Part shown: in pieces, positions 49,661-61,267 of the stretch
How positions within the stretch are numbered: position 1 is the first letter of the stretch
Layout of the letters: the number at the start of each line of letters is the position of its first letter
Origin: Bilabrum cf. latius
Taxonomy: Eukaryota
DNA: 64,000 bases
Assembly (NCBI GenBank): GCA_965178125.1
Contig: OZ237746.1
Coordinates: forward strand, 62,001 to 126,000
Direction of reading: 5' to 3'
Translations under genes and position numbers: made by a program
Notes under the pieces: generated by a model
The model's input: the letters and a program-made list of their open reading frames with translations, nothing else
Databases searched by the model: none
What the model was told of the DNA's origin: nothing

Positions 49661-52042
49661 ATGAGGTTTGCTCGGGTCCTGTAGGCAGTCAGAGTATTGC
49701 CAGCGCTTAGTGCGGCAGTCTTAGCTGGGAAAATGCAGTCCAGTGCTGTTGAAATGGCTACAGATTCGGAGAATTGTCCGGCCCTTGAATCGTATAGCGT
49801 TTCAGTCTCTAGACCGTACCGGCCCGTCAAACCACTGAATGCCTAGAACAAACTATCACTACGGCGATCGGTGGTGGTGTTCCGCCACGGCGACAGGTCT
49901 CCCATTTCGAACTAGGTGAACAATCATGTTGTGGTGGACCGCGAAGCCGAGCAAGAATGGGATGGCAAGCTGCCCAAATAGCGCGATATCCGAAAGCTGG
50001 CAGCCGCTTCGCCTGGTATGTATCCAAACGACGAAGCAAGCGACCGAACAGGTCGGGTGAGTCGGAAGAGCTGCTTGCTGTGTGCCAGCATTGGAGCGCT
50101 GACGTGCAATGTCCGATATCGAGGCTGCGCGTGTGTATATTGCCTGTGATCATGTTCTTCGAGCCGAAGAACCGTTGTTTTCTGTACAGAATCTGTTATT
50201 TCGCAGGAATGGCCGCGGGGCTAGCTGACCGCCCGCGGAGTGTCCCAGCTGAGGGAGCTCGGCACCGAGCTCAGGAGGTGGTACGTGGGCGGTGACTGCG
50301 CCTCGGCGTTCCGTGACCAGCCCGAAGCAGCAACTGCCGCTGCTGCTGCTCGTGGGTCGGGTGGCCTGCTTCCACGCACCCTCCCGTGCCAGGGAACAAC
50401 CCTCCGCACGGCGGCCCAGCCCCTGCCCCAGTCAGCGCCTTCCGTAGGCAGCGGCTCCAGCGAAGCGCCTGCACGCCCGTCACAGTCCGCAGCATCCGCC
50501 GATCCCCCCCCTGGCGGGCTGCTGCACCTCCGCTCCACTAACATAACGCGCACTGTGCAGTCCCTCCAGGCACTCCTGCAGGGATTGTACCCAGAGGGGG
50601 CCAGGGAGCAGCGATGCACGACGGGTGCACAAGAGGATGGCAGTGGGGGTGGAAGCACTGGCAGTAGCGCGATGGCCCAGACCCCGATCGAGGTGGCTCC
50701 CTTTGAGCAGGAGAGCGCTTTCAGGGCGGGAGGCAAGAAGTGCCCCGCACTGGCTGACCACCATGAGGCGCACATGGGCAGGGTGGTGCGGCACAGGCAC
50801 AGGCAGCGGGCCAGGGCCAGAGCCAGTGGCAGTGGCAAGCAGGGAACAGAGGCGCCCTCTTCCTCCTCTCGAAAGGAAGCGCGCAAGCACCCGCTGGCAT
50901 GGGAGGGGCCAGAGGGCAGGATCAGGAGGCAATTCGGGATACCAGAGGATACGCCCCTCCACTGGCTCCAGCTGCAAGAGCTGCTTACATGCTCGGCAGC
51001 ACATGGCATCCCGCTGAGGATGCCCGATTCAGGAAACAAACGGGGTGAGAGAGTCACGGAGCACGTGCCCTTGCAGCTGGTGCGGGATGTCCGAGCCAGG
51101 GTGGTGGCCGAGACGAGTCTCGAGATGCACGCCCCTGGCATCCTGAGGCTGGTGGTGGGGCCTCTGCTGGGCGAGCTGCTCGCGTGGGCCGGGGCCCGGC
51201 CCGCACCCGATGTGCCACCGGGGGTGCAGACCCCCGGCGGGCTGCTGGGGGCTCCCCACGGCCCCTCCCCTCTGACTGCCGACCTCTCCACTGGCCCGAG
51301 GCTGGTCCTGTACTCTGGGCACGACACCACCGTGCTGCCACTGGCGGCAGCTCTGGGGGCCAAGCTGGACGACTGGCCCGCGTATGCATCTTCCGTGGTG
51401 ATCGAGGTATACGAGCAGGAGCAGGAGCGGGAGCAGGAGGGAAGGGAAGCCCCGCGGGGGATGAGGTACGTTAGGGCGATGCTCAACGGACATGTGCTGC
51501 CGCTGCGGGACTGCTTGCTGGGCGAGTCGGAGCACAAGCGGAGGGTGCGTGCGGCAGTGCGGCAGGCGGTAGGGAGGCGAGGGAATGAGACTGCTGCTGG
51601 TGCTGGAGGAGTCGTAGGAGGAGGAGGAGGTGGTGGTGGTGGTGGTGGTGGTGGTGGTGGTGGTGGTGGGCCGTCCCGACTCGCTGGGACCGGTGGGCTG
51701 CTGGACCCTTGGCTCAGCGATCCGACCCTGGTGACTGTGGAGGAGCTTGGGCAGGCCTGGGAGGCACTGGTGCCCGGCGACTTGGGGCGGGAGTGCTGGA
51801 GCGGGGAGGCGGCCCAGTGGCTGCTGGCTAGCGGGGCGGGGGGGAGGGTGGCTCGTCGACTGGAGTCGGAAGCCAGGAGACTTGAGACTGAGATGCAGGG
51901 GGTTAGAGGAGAGAAACGGGTAGGAGACGAGAGCCTGGGCGAGAAGCTGGACATTGCAGGCTCCGAAGGCAAAAGGACGGTGGACGTGGCCGGGGGCAGC
52001 AGAGCGGCTGGAGACAAGGGTGTGGACGGATCCACTTTCTGA
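49661..52042 (+). CDS. Histidine acid phosphatase (ACP6/lysosomal acid phosphatase-like)
   Basis: RHGDRSP, G*LTARGVSQ (TAG at the conserved GQLT Gln, 50222-50224), RSTNITRT and YSGHDTT. Intron 50057-50206, TGA stop. Confidence 0.88.
51617..51670 (+). repeat. (GGA)n(GGT)n trinucleotide repeat encoding poly-Gly
   Basis: Directly visible within the phosphatase CDS. Confidence 0.9.
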
Positions 52043-52476
52043 TCAGCTGGCTTCCTCGCAAGCGAATTGGCATGATGATTGGGGAATAGGTCGTGGAGAA
52101 CTCTGGGTAGATTATTGAAGCCTGGCCGACCCTTGCGACCAGAGCCGTGTCAATGATCGAGGTCGCACGTGTCAGCGACAGTACAGACTAGACTGCTGCG
52201 GTGGATGGCGCCACGGGCAAGTCTGTATGGGTGGTGAGTCGGTTGGTATGATGAGACCTACCCATGTGGAAGTCGTGGTTCTTACATGTGGATCCGGATG
52301 GTCGCGGACGAGACGTGGTTATGCTGTCTCGAGCAGCTTTAATTGATCCATGGATAGGTCATGCTTGACCCTCAATCAGATTTCAGATCCTCTCCTCTCC
52401 TCCCAAACCCCTTCCCGCGAACAACGCCATGGCGTACATCCGTGGATGCCCCGGTCTGCAAGGCGGCCGGCGGCGC

Positions 52477-55400
52477 TCACTCGGCCTCCACAATCTCTTT
52501 CGCCTTACCGTAAACCGACCGGATGCCGTCACCCACAATATCCACCACCTATCCTGACAGCAACCAAGCCGTAGCTCCCGCCGCAACCCCCGCTATGATA
52601 GCTCCGACGGCGGCACCAGGCGCAGCCCCGACTCCTCCAAACCATGCCCCAATTGCAGCTCCTGCATTTGCACCTGCTGCCGCTCCTGCCGTGGCAGACT
52701 CGATAACAGCAAACCTCACTGCTCCTGCAGCTGCCACTTCAACTCCTAGCATGCCACCTTGTGCAGCGAGCTCCTAAACAGGATCATCAGCTGTGGCTAC
52801 TGAATAGACGATCACTCCCGCCTTGAGTGCTTGTCCCCCAATCTTGGCAAATCTGGAGTCCAAGACCCTATGCATCTTGTCGACTCCCTGCTGCAACCCC
52901 TTTATAATGGGTTGCTCTTTGATGAGGGATAAGCGGATCTTGGATGCATCCACCTTTTGCATGACAACTACTGGCCCTCCCGTCTGCCCATGCGCCCCGT
53001 TGAGCCTAGCTTTGACCAGGGCTCGCACCTCGCGTGTTACATCGCTGGCAAATTGCTCTAGCTTTTGAGGGCGAGGTATTCGAAGCTTAACACCGCTATT
53101 ACTTGCTTGTTCGAAGGCCTTCTCTAATACTTTGGGGTCCGCACGCCCTCTTTCATCGACAGGGAGGACGAATCGAGTGCAAGCCATGGATGATCCAGGC
53201 TTCTTCGCACGACGGACCTGCTTTTTGGCGACCGGCAAATCTAGGGGCTTACTCCTCGCCGGGATTAAGCTCCTTGCAGCGTCCATGATGTTCTTGTGCG
53301 GTAGCCCTGAGCGCGCGATAGATGAAATTGGGGACAGCGAAGGGTGCAGCTTTGCCTGATGCACAGAGGCACCTGCGATTTCTCCCGTATTTAGCAAAAA
53401 GCCTGCGATATCTGCAGCGGTTGCATGCCACCCCTCCTCACTTCGAAGCACTTCTCCATTGATTTGCGTATCAAAGGTCCTTCCATTAGCCTGCATGGAG
53501 GACTACCCTAACCTATATTCCAGCGTCACGTCTTCGGTAGTAACCAAGCCTGGGCCTCTTAGACCATCTACCTTCGAGAACTCCATAAGAGATGCCCTTC
53601 CGCTGGGCTCTACGACAACGAGACTCAAGTTTGCATCTGGGCCTTTTTCCCGAGCCAAAAGCATCCGAGTTCCACTTGGAGTGGGCACAACGACTGTCTT
53701 GGACGCCTTGTTCCGGAAGTAATACCCGCCGCTGCCGGTGTCCATTGACCTGCTCCGGCCCCCTTCTGCAGTGCAGAAAGTGGCCGCAAAGTCGTGAAAT
53801 TGACCTGGGGTCAGGTTTCCGCGCTATTCATCTCCTACACCACACGTTCTGCACGCGGCAGCGATCCCAGCAGCTGTCGCTGGCGTTGGGTAGACCAGGC
53901 CGGGAACGCTCTTGGGGAACGCTTGCAATGCACCACTATTCCTTCCACTGCAAGGATAGCCAGGGACATCACCACCCTCACTACTACCACGGGCACTGAG
54001 CATCGTAGTATCTTGTACCAGCTGCCTACGGCTAGGGTCAAACAAGGAGACTTGGGGCATGCCTGCAGCAACCGCGAAGTCTAGTCGGCTTGGCGGCTCC
54101 ACCGCCTTTGTCCGCTTCATGGTTGGAGCTAGCTTCACCCCACCGTATGTGGAGGCCCAGGTCGACGACGGCCCACATTTGCTTGATCCGCTCACTGCAT
54201 CAGGGTCGATGATGGTGCCGATTTTCAGGGGCCTCGCAATCCACTCCAGTTTGTCTCCGTCAGTATCTCCTCTTTCGCGAGTCAATCCAACCCGGCCGGC
54301 CTCCACCCGGCGAATGACGAAGCTCTCGAGCGTTGTCCCAGCGCCCTAAAACAGAACTTTAGTTCCTTGTTCCGGAACCTCAACCTTGGCATGACGTCCT
54401 TTGACAGACCGAAACCCTCGCGGCGTGAACGTGTGTAGCGGTCGCACCCTTGGAGACGGCAGTCGGATCTACTCGGTCCAAAGACTGCTCCAGCCGTCGT
54501 AACGAATAGTGATGGCCACTTTACGACCTTTCTCACCAGCAGCCGCACCGCCATCGGCAGGACCTGTGTCCTCCTCGAAGGCGCTCACGGAGACAATGCT
54601 GGCTGTGTACCACCCGAAGCCCTCATCTCGGACGTCCAATGATTGCCCTACCTGCAGCCCTGCTCCATTTGGTCTGCCATGAGCGTCCAAGGGGGCGGCT
54701 AGCAGCGTGTCAAAGGGGAGCTTCCGCAGGCGCAGCAAGTTCAGCGCCAAGGGTTGACCAGGGCTGCCCTCGGGTGCGCCAAGGTCACGTACCCATACCC
54801 TGGCCTGGTCACCCTTGCCCTCCTATCTGATCACAGTGCACTTCACAAGGCCTTCCTCAAACCCCGGAGCAGGCAGTCCGGCGTTGGTCCTTCGTAACAC
54901 CTCCGAACCGTCTGCAGGAGCCACGGTGTAGCCCACCCTCTCTGGACGCCACTCTGTAAACTCCCCGATCTGAGCCACGTGGTCAGTATCGCAAGGAATC
55001 CACAGGTCCCAGTCCTTCGGGTAACCATGGAAATGCACACACACCCTGTTGAGCTCCGCATTTACGTCCATGATAACAGCCTTGTGCCACGTGAAGAACT
55101 CGTCATTGGCATCAATATTCTGCCCAGGGTGTACACCTCCTCCTGCGACGCCGGCGGCCACACCATCTAGGGTCGGGGTGTACGCCGGGAGCTGGAGCCG
55201 GAAGCGCGCGATGGGAATATCCAGGCGCTGGCCATCGGTACAAATGGGTGCTGCCAGCCACGGAACCCGCAGATCCTTGCACAGTCTGACCTTAACCTTG
55301 GCAGCATCGCCATGTCCCTCGCAGCTCATGACTGTTGCCTCAACACACAATGGAGCTCCAGAGAAGCTGCCGACAATCACCTCACCTTTTGACCCCGCAG

Positions 55401-57255
55401 TCGGAAGGACAATTGTGCCGGCTCCACGGCCAGAGCTGCGCATTCCGACGTGAGTGTGGGTATGCAGAGGTGCGATCCGCTCTAGCGGGATCCACTCATC
55501 CATTTCGGCTCCCCACCCGTCGAAGTGGACCAGAACGACGCACTATGACCCTGCAGCGCTGATATTTACCACCTCAGCTGTGTAGTACGTGAAGTAGCGG
55601 TCGCATGCGTCCACCACAGAGCCGACTGGAGGCACCCACCCATCCTCCCCGGCGTCAGCGACCTGCTTTGCTATCTCTTCCTGTTTGCCTGTGAGCACGA
55701 AGCTGGATGGAATCACCGAGGATGCGAGCAGAACAGGTGCCCACGTCGCCGTCCTGGCAGCTGCTGCTTCTGATGCAGGCATGACCGTCAGCGCCCCGTC
55801 TGCTGGGTTGAATGCGCACGGCGAGCCAGATGCCACATTTGCGATATTGCGGATAGCCTCGGGATGCGTGTGTGCCTCAACAAGTTTCACGGCCTCTGAC
55901 TACGCCAAGCAGAAGGCACCAATCAGGCGATAGAACTCCCTAAGACGGGCGAACTACGGCAGCACCTCTGCGGTAACGTCAAGGTGCTCGTTGAGATCGT
56001 CTACGAACCTAGAAAAGGAGGACTAGCGCATGTTGTCCCACTTGACTAGACCACACCTTTCGATGAAATCGCCGCCCGGGGCGTGTGGATCCGCGCCGCC
56101 GGCCCCTGACACTGGGGCAGCCGACCTGCCGACGACCGCATCGGGCGTACCTTCGCCATCTGCAGCCCGACTAGCTCGGCTGCCATCACTATCGGCACGT
56201 TCGGGCTCCCCAAAGGCCTCAAAGCAAACCTTTACATTTGCCTCTTCGATGTCGAAGGTGGTACCATTGCCGTCGGTTGTGGCAGAGGCGGAATATCCTA
56301 CATCCTCCACGCAGTCGAACCACATGCGGCATGCTACTGGCTCCGTTGGGATATCGATTCCTACCAATGTGGCGTCCTCCCGCGCCTCCTGCTTCCGCTG
56401 AGGGACAGACCGCAGGTGATGCGCGGTGGCATCCGAAAGGCCACGCGCCGTAAGCCCGATCATCATGGGCCTGACAACGAACGGCGGCTTGGTGGACACC
56501 TCCGTCCCCTGCGACATCCACTTTAGGTACATATCTGCATGCAGCATCGTGACTCCGATGCTCGAACCAGCGAGACACGGCGGCTGGATTGTGATCTGCT
56601 GCAGTGGCTCTGGTCCCAACTTGCGTGAGAGCGGATCGAGGGAGATGCTGGCCTTTGTGATGAAATGCCTTGCCACTAGCACCACGTCCTCTGCCGACAA
56701 CAGGGCCTCGGCCGGGTCCTCAGCTGGCACCATCAGTAGCTGTATCTTGTCTCCCGCTGCATCAATTTTGACACCCTTGACCCCGAGATAGAGCTGGTTG
56801 CCATCTCGGTTGAAGTTGAGACCACGGAGCTCTCTGGGCAGGAAGCCGTTGACATCACGAGGCGTGATTGGGTCGCTCATGTTGGCTTCTAGCTTGTCCT
56901 TTAGGGTGCCAAGTGGCAAGCACCTGTATAGGGCGTCGGCCCGACTTTTAACGAAGAGATGATAGTCCCCGTCCGCGCGGTATTCTTTGGTTGCTCTCTG
57001 ATACGTGGTGGTTGCTGACCTATAGGTTTGTTCATCATCTGGCGACTGCGTGAGAGTTAGTAGGCAGGAAGACTTATTTGCAATGAACTATGACGGCTGC
57101 AGCAAGCACTTTGTCCATATTCAATTAATTAATGGAGGCCACAGGCAGACTGGGCCCTTTAGTGCGTGCCCAATCCGATGGACAGGTGTGAAAACGGCAA
57201 TGGATATATTTAGGAGAATTAAGCTCACCATAGCCGAAGGTACCATTGCGGCCAT
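52477..57255 (-). CDS. ~1530-aa hypothetical protein: unknown N-terminal domain, three Tudor/MBT-like repeats and C-terminal glycine zipper
   Basis: Single frame 57045-52477 once TAG=Gln, ending at TGA, plus a short inferred first exon 57255-57229 (CTAAC branch point before the acceptor). Three G.x.xD..D....W/Y..A.I/V...VHF/Y.GW/Y...D/E.WI units. C-terminal GAAAGANAGAAIGAWFGGVGAAPGAAVGAIIAG. Confidence 0.75.
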
Positions 57256-57717
57256 TATGAAGAAGGCGTTCTGGCTCCGCCTGCGACGCTGGACAAAACT
57301 GAGACTGGCAAAACAGTGAAGCGGGTAGAGTGAGAGCGATCCGAATAGACATGATATAGATCAAGCACCAAACTAAGCATTTATCATATGTCTTTACAGA
57401 ATGGGCCAATTAATACGAGCTGCGAGTATCCGAAGGACCGCTGGTCGGGTTTCCCGCCCCCACACTCGACCACACGCGACCGGGACCACTGATATATCGG
57501 ATAGTTTGCACGAACGACAAATACAACAAACTTTCTGTATCACACTCTATCATACTCACGAATATAGTATGGATACCACTGCGGACAAAAGGTGTGTCAG
57601 ATGAAGCTGGGCAAAAATCGGTATCTGGAGAATGCCGTCAATTGTAACGGAACTTTAAAAATAAAATGTGGTTTCTTGCGGATTCCGGAATCCGGAATCC
57701 GGATCATTGATGGCCCC

Positions 57718-58097
57718 TGATGGTTGGTAATGTGGATCTGTCGATCAACCGCTCAATGCTTCGCTCCCCCAGCACTCTCCCTCTCCCGCCACGCGCCACT
57801 CGTGCGCCGCTACCCACCGTCGCCCACTCGTCTGTCGCTAGCACGGCCGTCTCCGTGCCGCCTAGGCCCGGCTGGCCGCTTTGTCCTGCCCTCAGCTTCC
57901 ACTCTCGTACCTAGTACCTGCTCCTCGTAATCTCCTCCTTCCGTGGCGCTTTGGTTTTGGCTGGTGCTTCCCCGGGCACTGGGCAGGCGGCACGGACCTT
58001 TCAAGCCGCTATGGGGACTACCTGCCACTGGCCACGGGATCTACACTGGGCCCCCCTTTTGGCTGTTCGCCCATCGAACGCCGCAAGGAACACCCAC
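57718..58097. repeat. Direct repeat copy (putative B2)
   Basis: Identical by eye to 59536-59915. Confidence 0.92.
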
Positions 58098-59535
58098 GCC
58101 GCCCCGACCTAGGGGACGCCACCACGCAAAAAGAAGAAAAAATCTTGAACTCGATCGAGTTAGGGCATCACCGCTCGCACATCCCGCCCAGCCCACCACG
58201 CTCGACACGGTCCTGTATGCTCACCGCAGCCCCAGCACAGTCGTCACCCGGTCCGCTCCTATTCAGGCTCCCATTGCCTTACCCTCTGTGAGGATACGGG
58301 GTCCGGCTGCTGTCCGCACGTTGCCGTGCCTCTTGCAGCACCACAGTGGTCCTCCACTGCAGCGTACGCTGTGCAGGATCTCGCCTCGCTCTCTCGGTGG
58401 GTGTCGCCGGTGCGACTGTCCCAGGGTCGATCCGAGATTCAGGCTCTCCTCTCGGCTGTGCAGGTCACTCTGTCCCCCTTCGGCCACGGAGCCATCCAAA
58501 GGACAGAAGTTTCCTGGGCCCGCAACGCGGTTCTTTGTGCTTCCAGAAAAACAGAGGTGCTCCAAATGGGGGATTTTACGGCACGGACCACACCTCTGCT
58601 CCCAGTCTCATGACCACCTCACGCGTGGCCACCTCACACCCGTCCCCACTGTTGCAACCGGGAGGGTGGGTTGCTTCCGACCTATAGCCGGATTTACAGC
58701 GATCAACATGAGGCACGGACCTCATACTGACCGCACCCACCCCTACTCCCACGCCTACTTGACTCAGCCAAGTCCCTGGCCCCCCAAGCCACCCACCAAC
58801 GGTCCTGCTAACAGTGGCCATCGGCACCAGATGCGACCACGGAGCCTCATCTGGTTGGTGAAATGGGATGGTGGCAAAGGCCACCACCAGTTCGTCCACG
58901 TGTTCTAGATGGCTAGACGCACGCAGCTTCCCTGGCCCCGTTCCGTTGCCCTCCGCAACGCTTAAATGTTGGTAGCTAGGTATGAGTGTTGGTACCCTCC
59001 GAATCTGCGCCGCCATCCTGCGTGGGTGCCACGTGGTCCCCCCGTTGTCAGGGGGTCCACATGAACAGAAAAGAGGGCTGGTTCATGCTGGTACTGAGTG
59101 CGGAGGGAGGAGGAGCGGTCTGCCTCCGCCCCCCTCCCAAGAGAATATTACACACACTACCGGGCAGCAGTGACACACACACACTTACCCGCCCCTAAGA
59201 CGCCCTGTCTCGCTGAGTAAACCTTATCCGCCTGGCACCCCTCCCTTCAGCTGTAGGCCCCTCTGTTGTCCGCCAACTACTGGTCCCCCCTCACCTCCCG
59301 GCCTCCGCCGCGATGCCGCCCCATCCATATCCGAAGGAAATGGGGCCAACAAGACAAGAAACAATTCTATAAAAGTAAAAATTATTTCCTTTATCTTCTT
59401 CTGAATTCCCCTAAGTGAGAGCGCTGGTCTCGCTCAGCTCGTACTCGGAATTGATCCGATCAGTATACCACTATCGGCCCAAACATCACTGTACATGGAT
59501 GCTCTGTATTCGTCAGTAGGGGTGCCATTGAATCA

Positions 59536-59915
59536 TGATGGTTGGTAATGTGGATCTGTCGATCAACCGCTCAATGCTTCGCTCCCCCAGCACTCTCCCT
59601 CTCCCGCCACGCGCCACTCGTGCGCCGCTACCCACCGTCGCCCACTCGTCTGTCGCTAGCACGGCCGTCTCCGTGCCGCCTAGGCCCGGCTGGCCGCTTT
59701 GTCCTGCCCTCAGCTTCCACTCTCGTACCTAGTACCTGCTCCTCGTAATCTCCTCCTTCCGTGGCGCTTTGGTTTTGGCTGGTGCTTCCCCGGGCACTGG
59801 GCAGGCGGCACGGACCTTTCAAGCCGCTATGGGGACTACCTGCCACTGGCCACGGGATCTACACTGGGCCCCCCTTTTGGCTGTTCGCCCATCGAACGCC
59901 GCAAGGAACACCCAC
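59536..59915. repeat. Direct repeat copy (putative B1)
   Basis: Identical by eye to 57718-58097. On the minus strand it begins 8 bp downstream of the YR stop. Confidence 0.92.
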
Positions 59916-59923
59916 TGGCCCAG

Positions 59924-61267
59924 TTAGAGCCCTGAATCCCGTTCACCCCCACCACTGCTCACTGGGCTCCGGTGAAGCTCCCTGCGTTGGGATTCCCAAG
60001 TCTTCAGAAGTTCTGGGATGGAGCCAGCTCCCACCATAGCCCGAAGAATCCCACTCCTCGTAACCCTTGCCGCTTCCATCAATGAGTAACGATCATACAC
60101 CGCTGGCATGTTGGGCAGAGACCACCCAGCCTGGCCGTGCACGTACTTCTCGTCCTTGGTTGGGTCCGTCTGGCGCAATGCTGACACTCCCGCACTCTTG
60201 AAGGCGTACACACCCTCCCCCTTGCGGTGCACAGGAATCCCTTGCGCTGTTATCCACTGCAGCGTGGCACTGTGCGCAGCCCGTGTTCGAGAGGCGAATA
60301 CTTCCCCGCGCTGCCCTTGTGTTGGCTACCGAACTGATACCCACCACTTCAGCCACCGATACGGGCACAACTCCTCGAATCCATCCGGCAAGCATGGAAT
60401 GACCGCTGGCGGGCGCTGCTCGGGGTTGCCGCCGAGCACCCGCGACTTGTACCGCTGCCACCCAATCAGTGCCACGGGAACAACCTCGTTGTCATCAGAC
60501 GCTGCAGTCCACTCTATCTCCCCTATTGCCAGATGCACCAGATCTGGCCACCGGGCCAAGCCACAGAATGTCCCCACATAGCAGCACATAAATGTATCGA
60601 GAACCGCTGGTGTTGAGTTGTAGTCCGCACGGGCCAGCGCAGCTGGGCCTTGCCACATCGAATCCCACTCTGCCTGCAGCTACCAGGCCATCATCACTAG
60701 TGCTCGCAACGTTACAGGGTTGTCCACCAGGACACGTAGGGCACGTACCGCGTCCGGATCCGTCGCCCCGGCACATCTACGCTTGTAGCCGAGCAGGGCC
60801 AGTTTGACCTGCCTGTACTCCACGTCTGCGAGTGGGGTACGCGGGAACTCCGCTGACCTGAACCACGCCGTTTGCGCTTGGAACAATCGCAACACTGTGG
60901 CATACTTCAACCCGGCGGCGCACTACTCCGTCAGCAAAGCCCACATGGCCTCCACCGGATCCCCGACCTCAAGTTCCGCCTGCATGGTCAGATTCCGCCT
61001 GCGCGCGTCCAGAGCTCCCTTGCCGAGCTGCTGACTCTCCTACAGCATCAGGGTCCTAGTCGCCGCCACCGCTGCTCGCCGTTGTGCCGCAGCACTTGAG
61101 CCTGCTCGTCCAGTCACTGGGATCAGCTCCCCAAATGGTCCTGCGAAGATGAAATGGTGCATGAAAAGTTGAGTCAGATGTCGCCCTTGCCGCCGAGACA
61201 AACCCCGTTTTGCCCACGCGCTGCCCCGCCGTCTACACCAGTTGACCAGCACCGTCCTCCACCCTGC
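59924..61267 (-). CDS. Tyrosine recombinase (ORF3 of the retrotransposon)
   Basis: One frame via TAG read-through. Motifs TFCGLARWPDL (box I Arg), GVYAFKSAGVS (divergent box II) and GQAGWS...MPAVYDR (catalytic Tyr). Ends in TAA and overlaps the RT-RH 3' end in another frame. Start unknown. Confidence 0.7.

Noticed and set aside
172-52035. Long antisense or alternate-frame ORFs in the track (e.g. 8218-9324, 18153-19616, 45929-47629, 50221-52035)
   Set aside because: These are shadow ORFs caused by high GC. They overlap well-supported genes and carry no recognisable motifs.
58263-59016. ORFs in the spacer between the retrotransposon repeats
   Set aside because: They are short, have no recognisable motifs and cannot be joined by TAG read-through.
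57718-59915. The 380-bp direct repeats as LTRs of an LTR retrotransposon, or as a CRISPR-like array
   Set aside because: Both copies lie on the same side of the ORFs and the element encodes a tyrosine recombinase rather than a DDE integrase. There are only two long copies.
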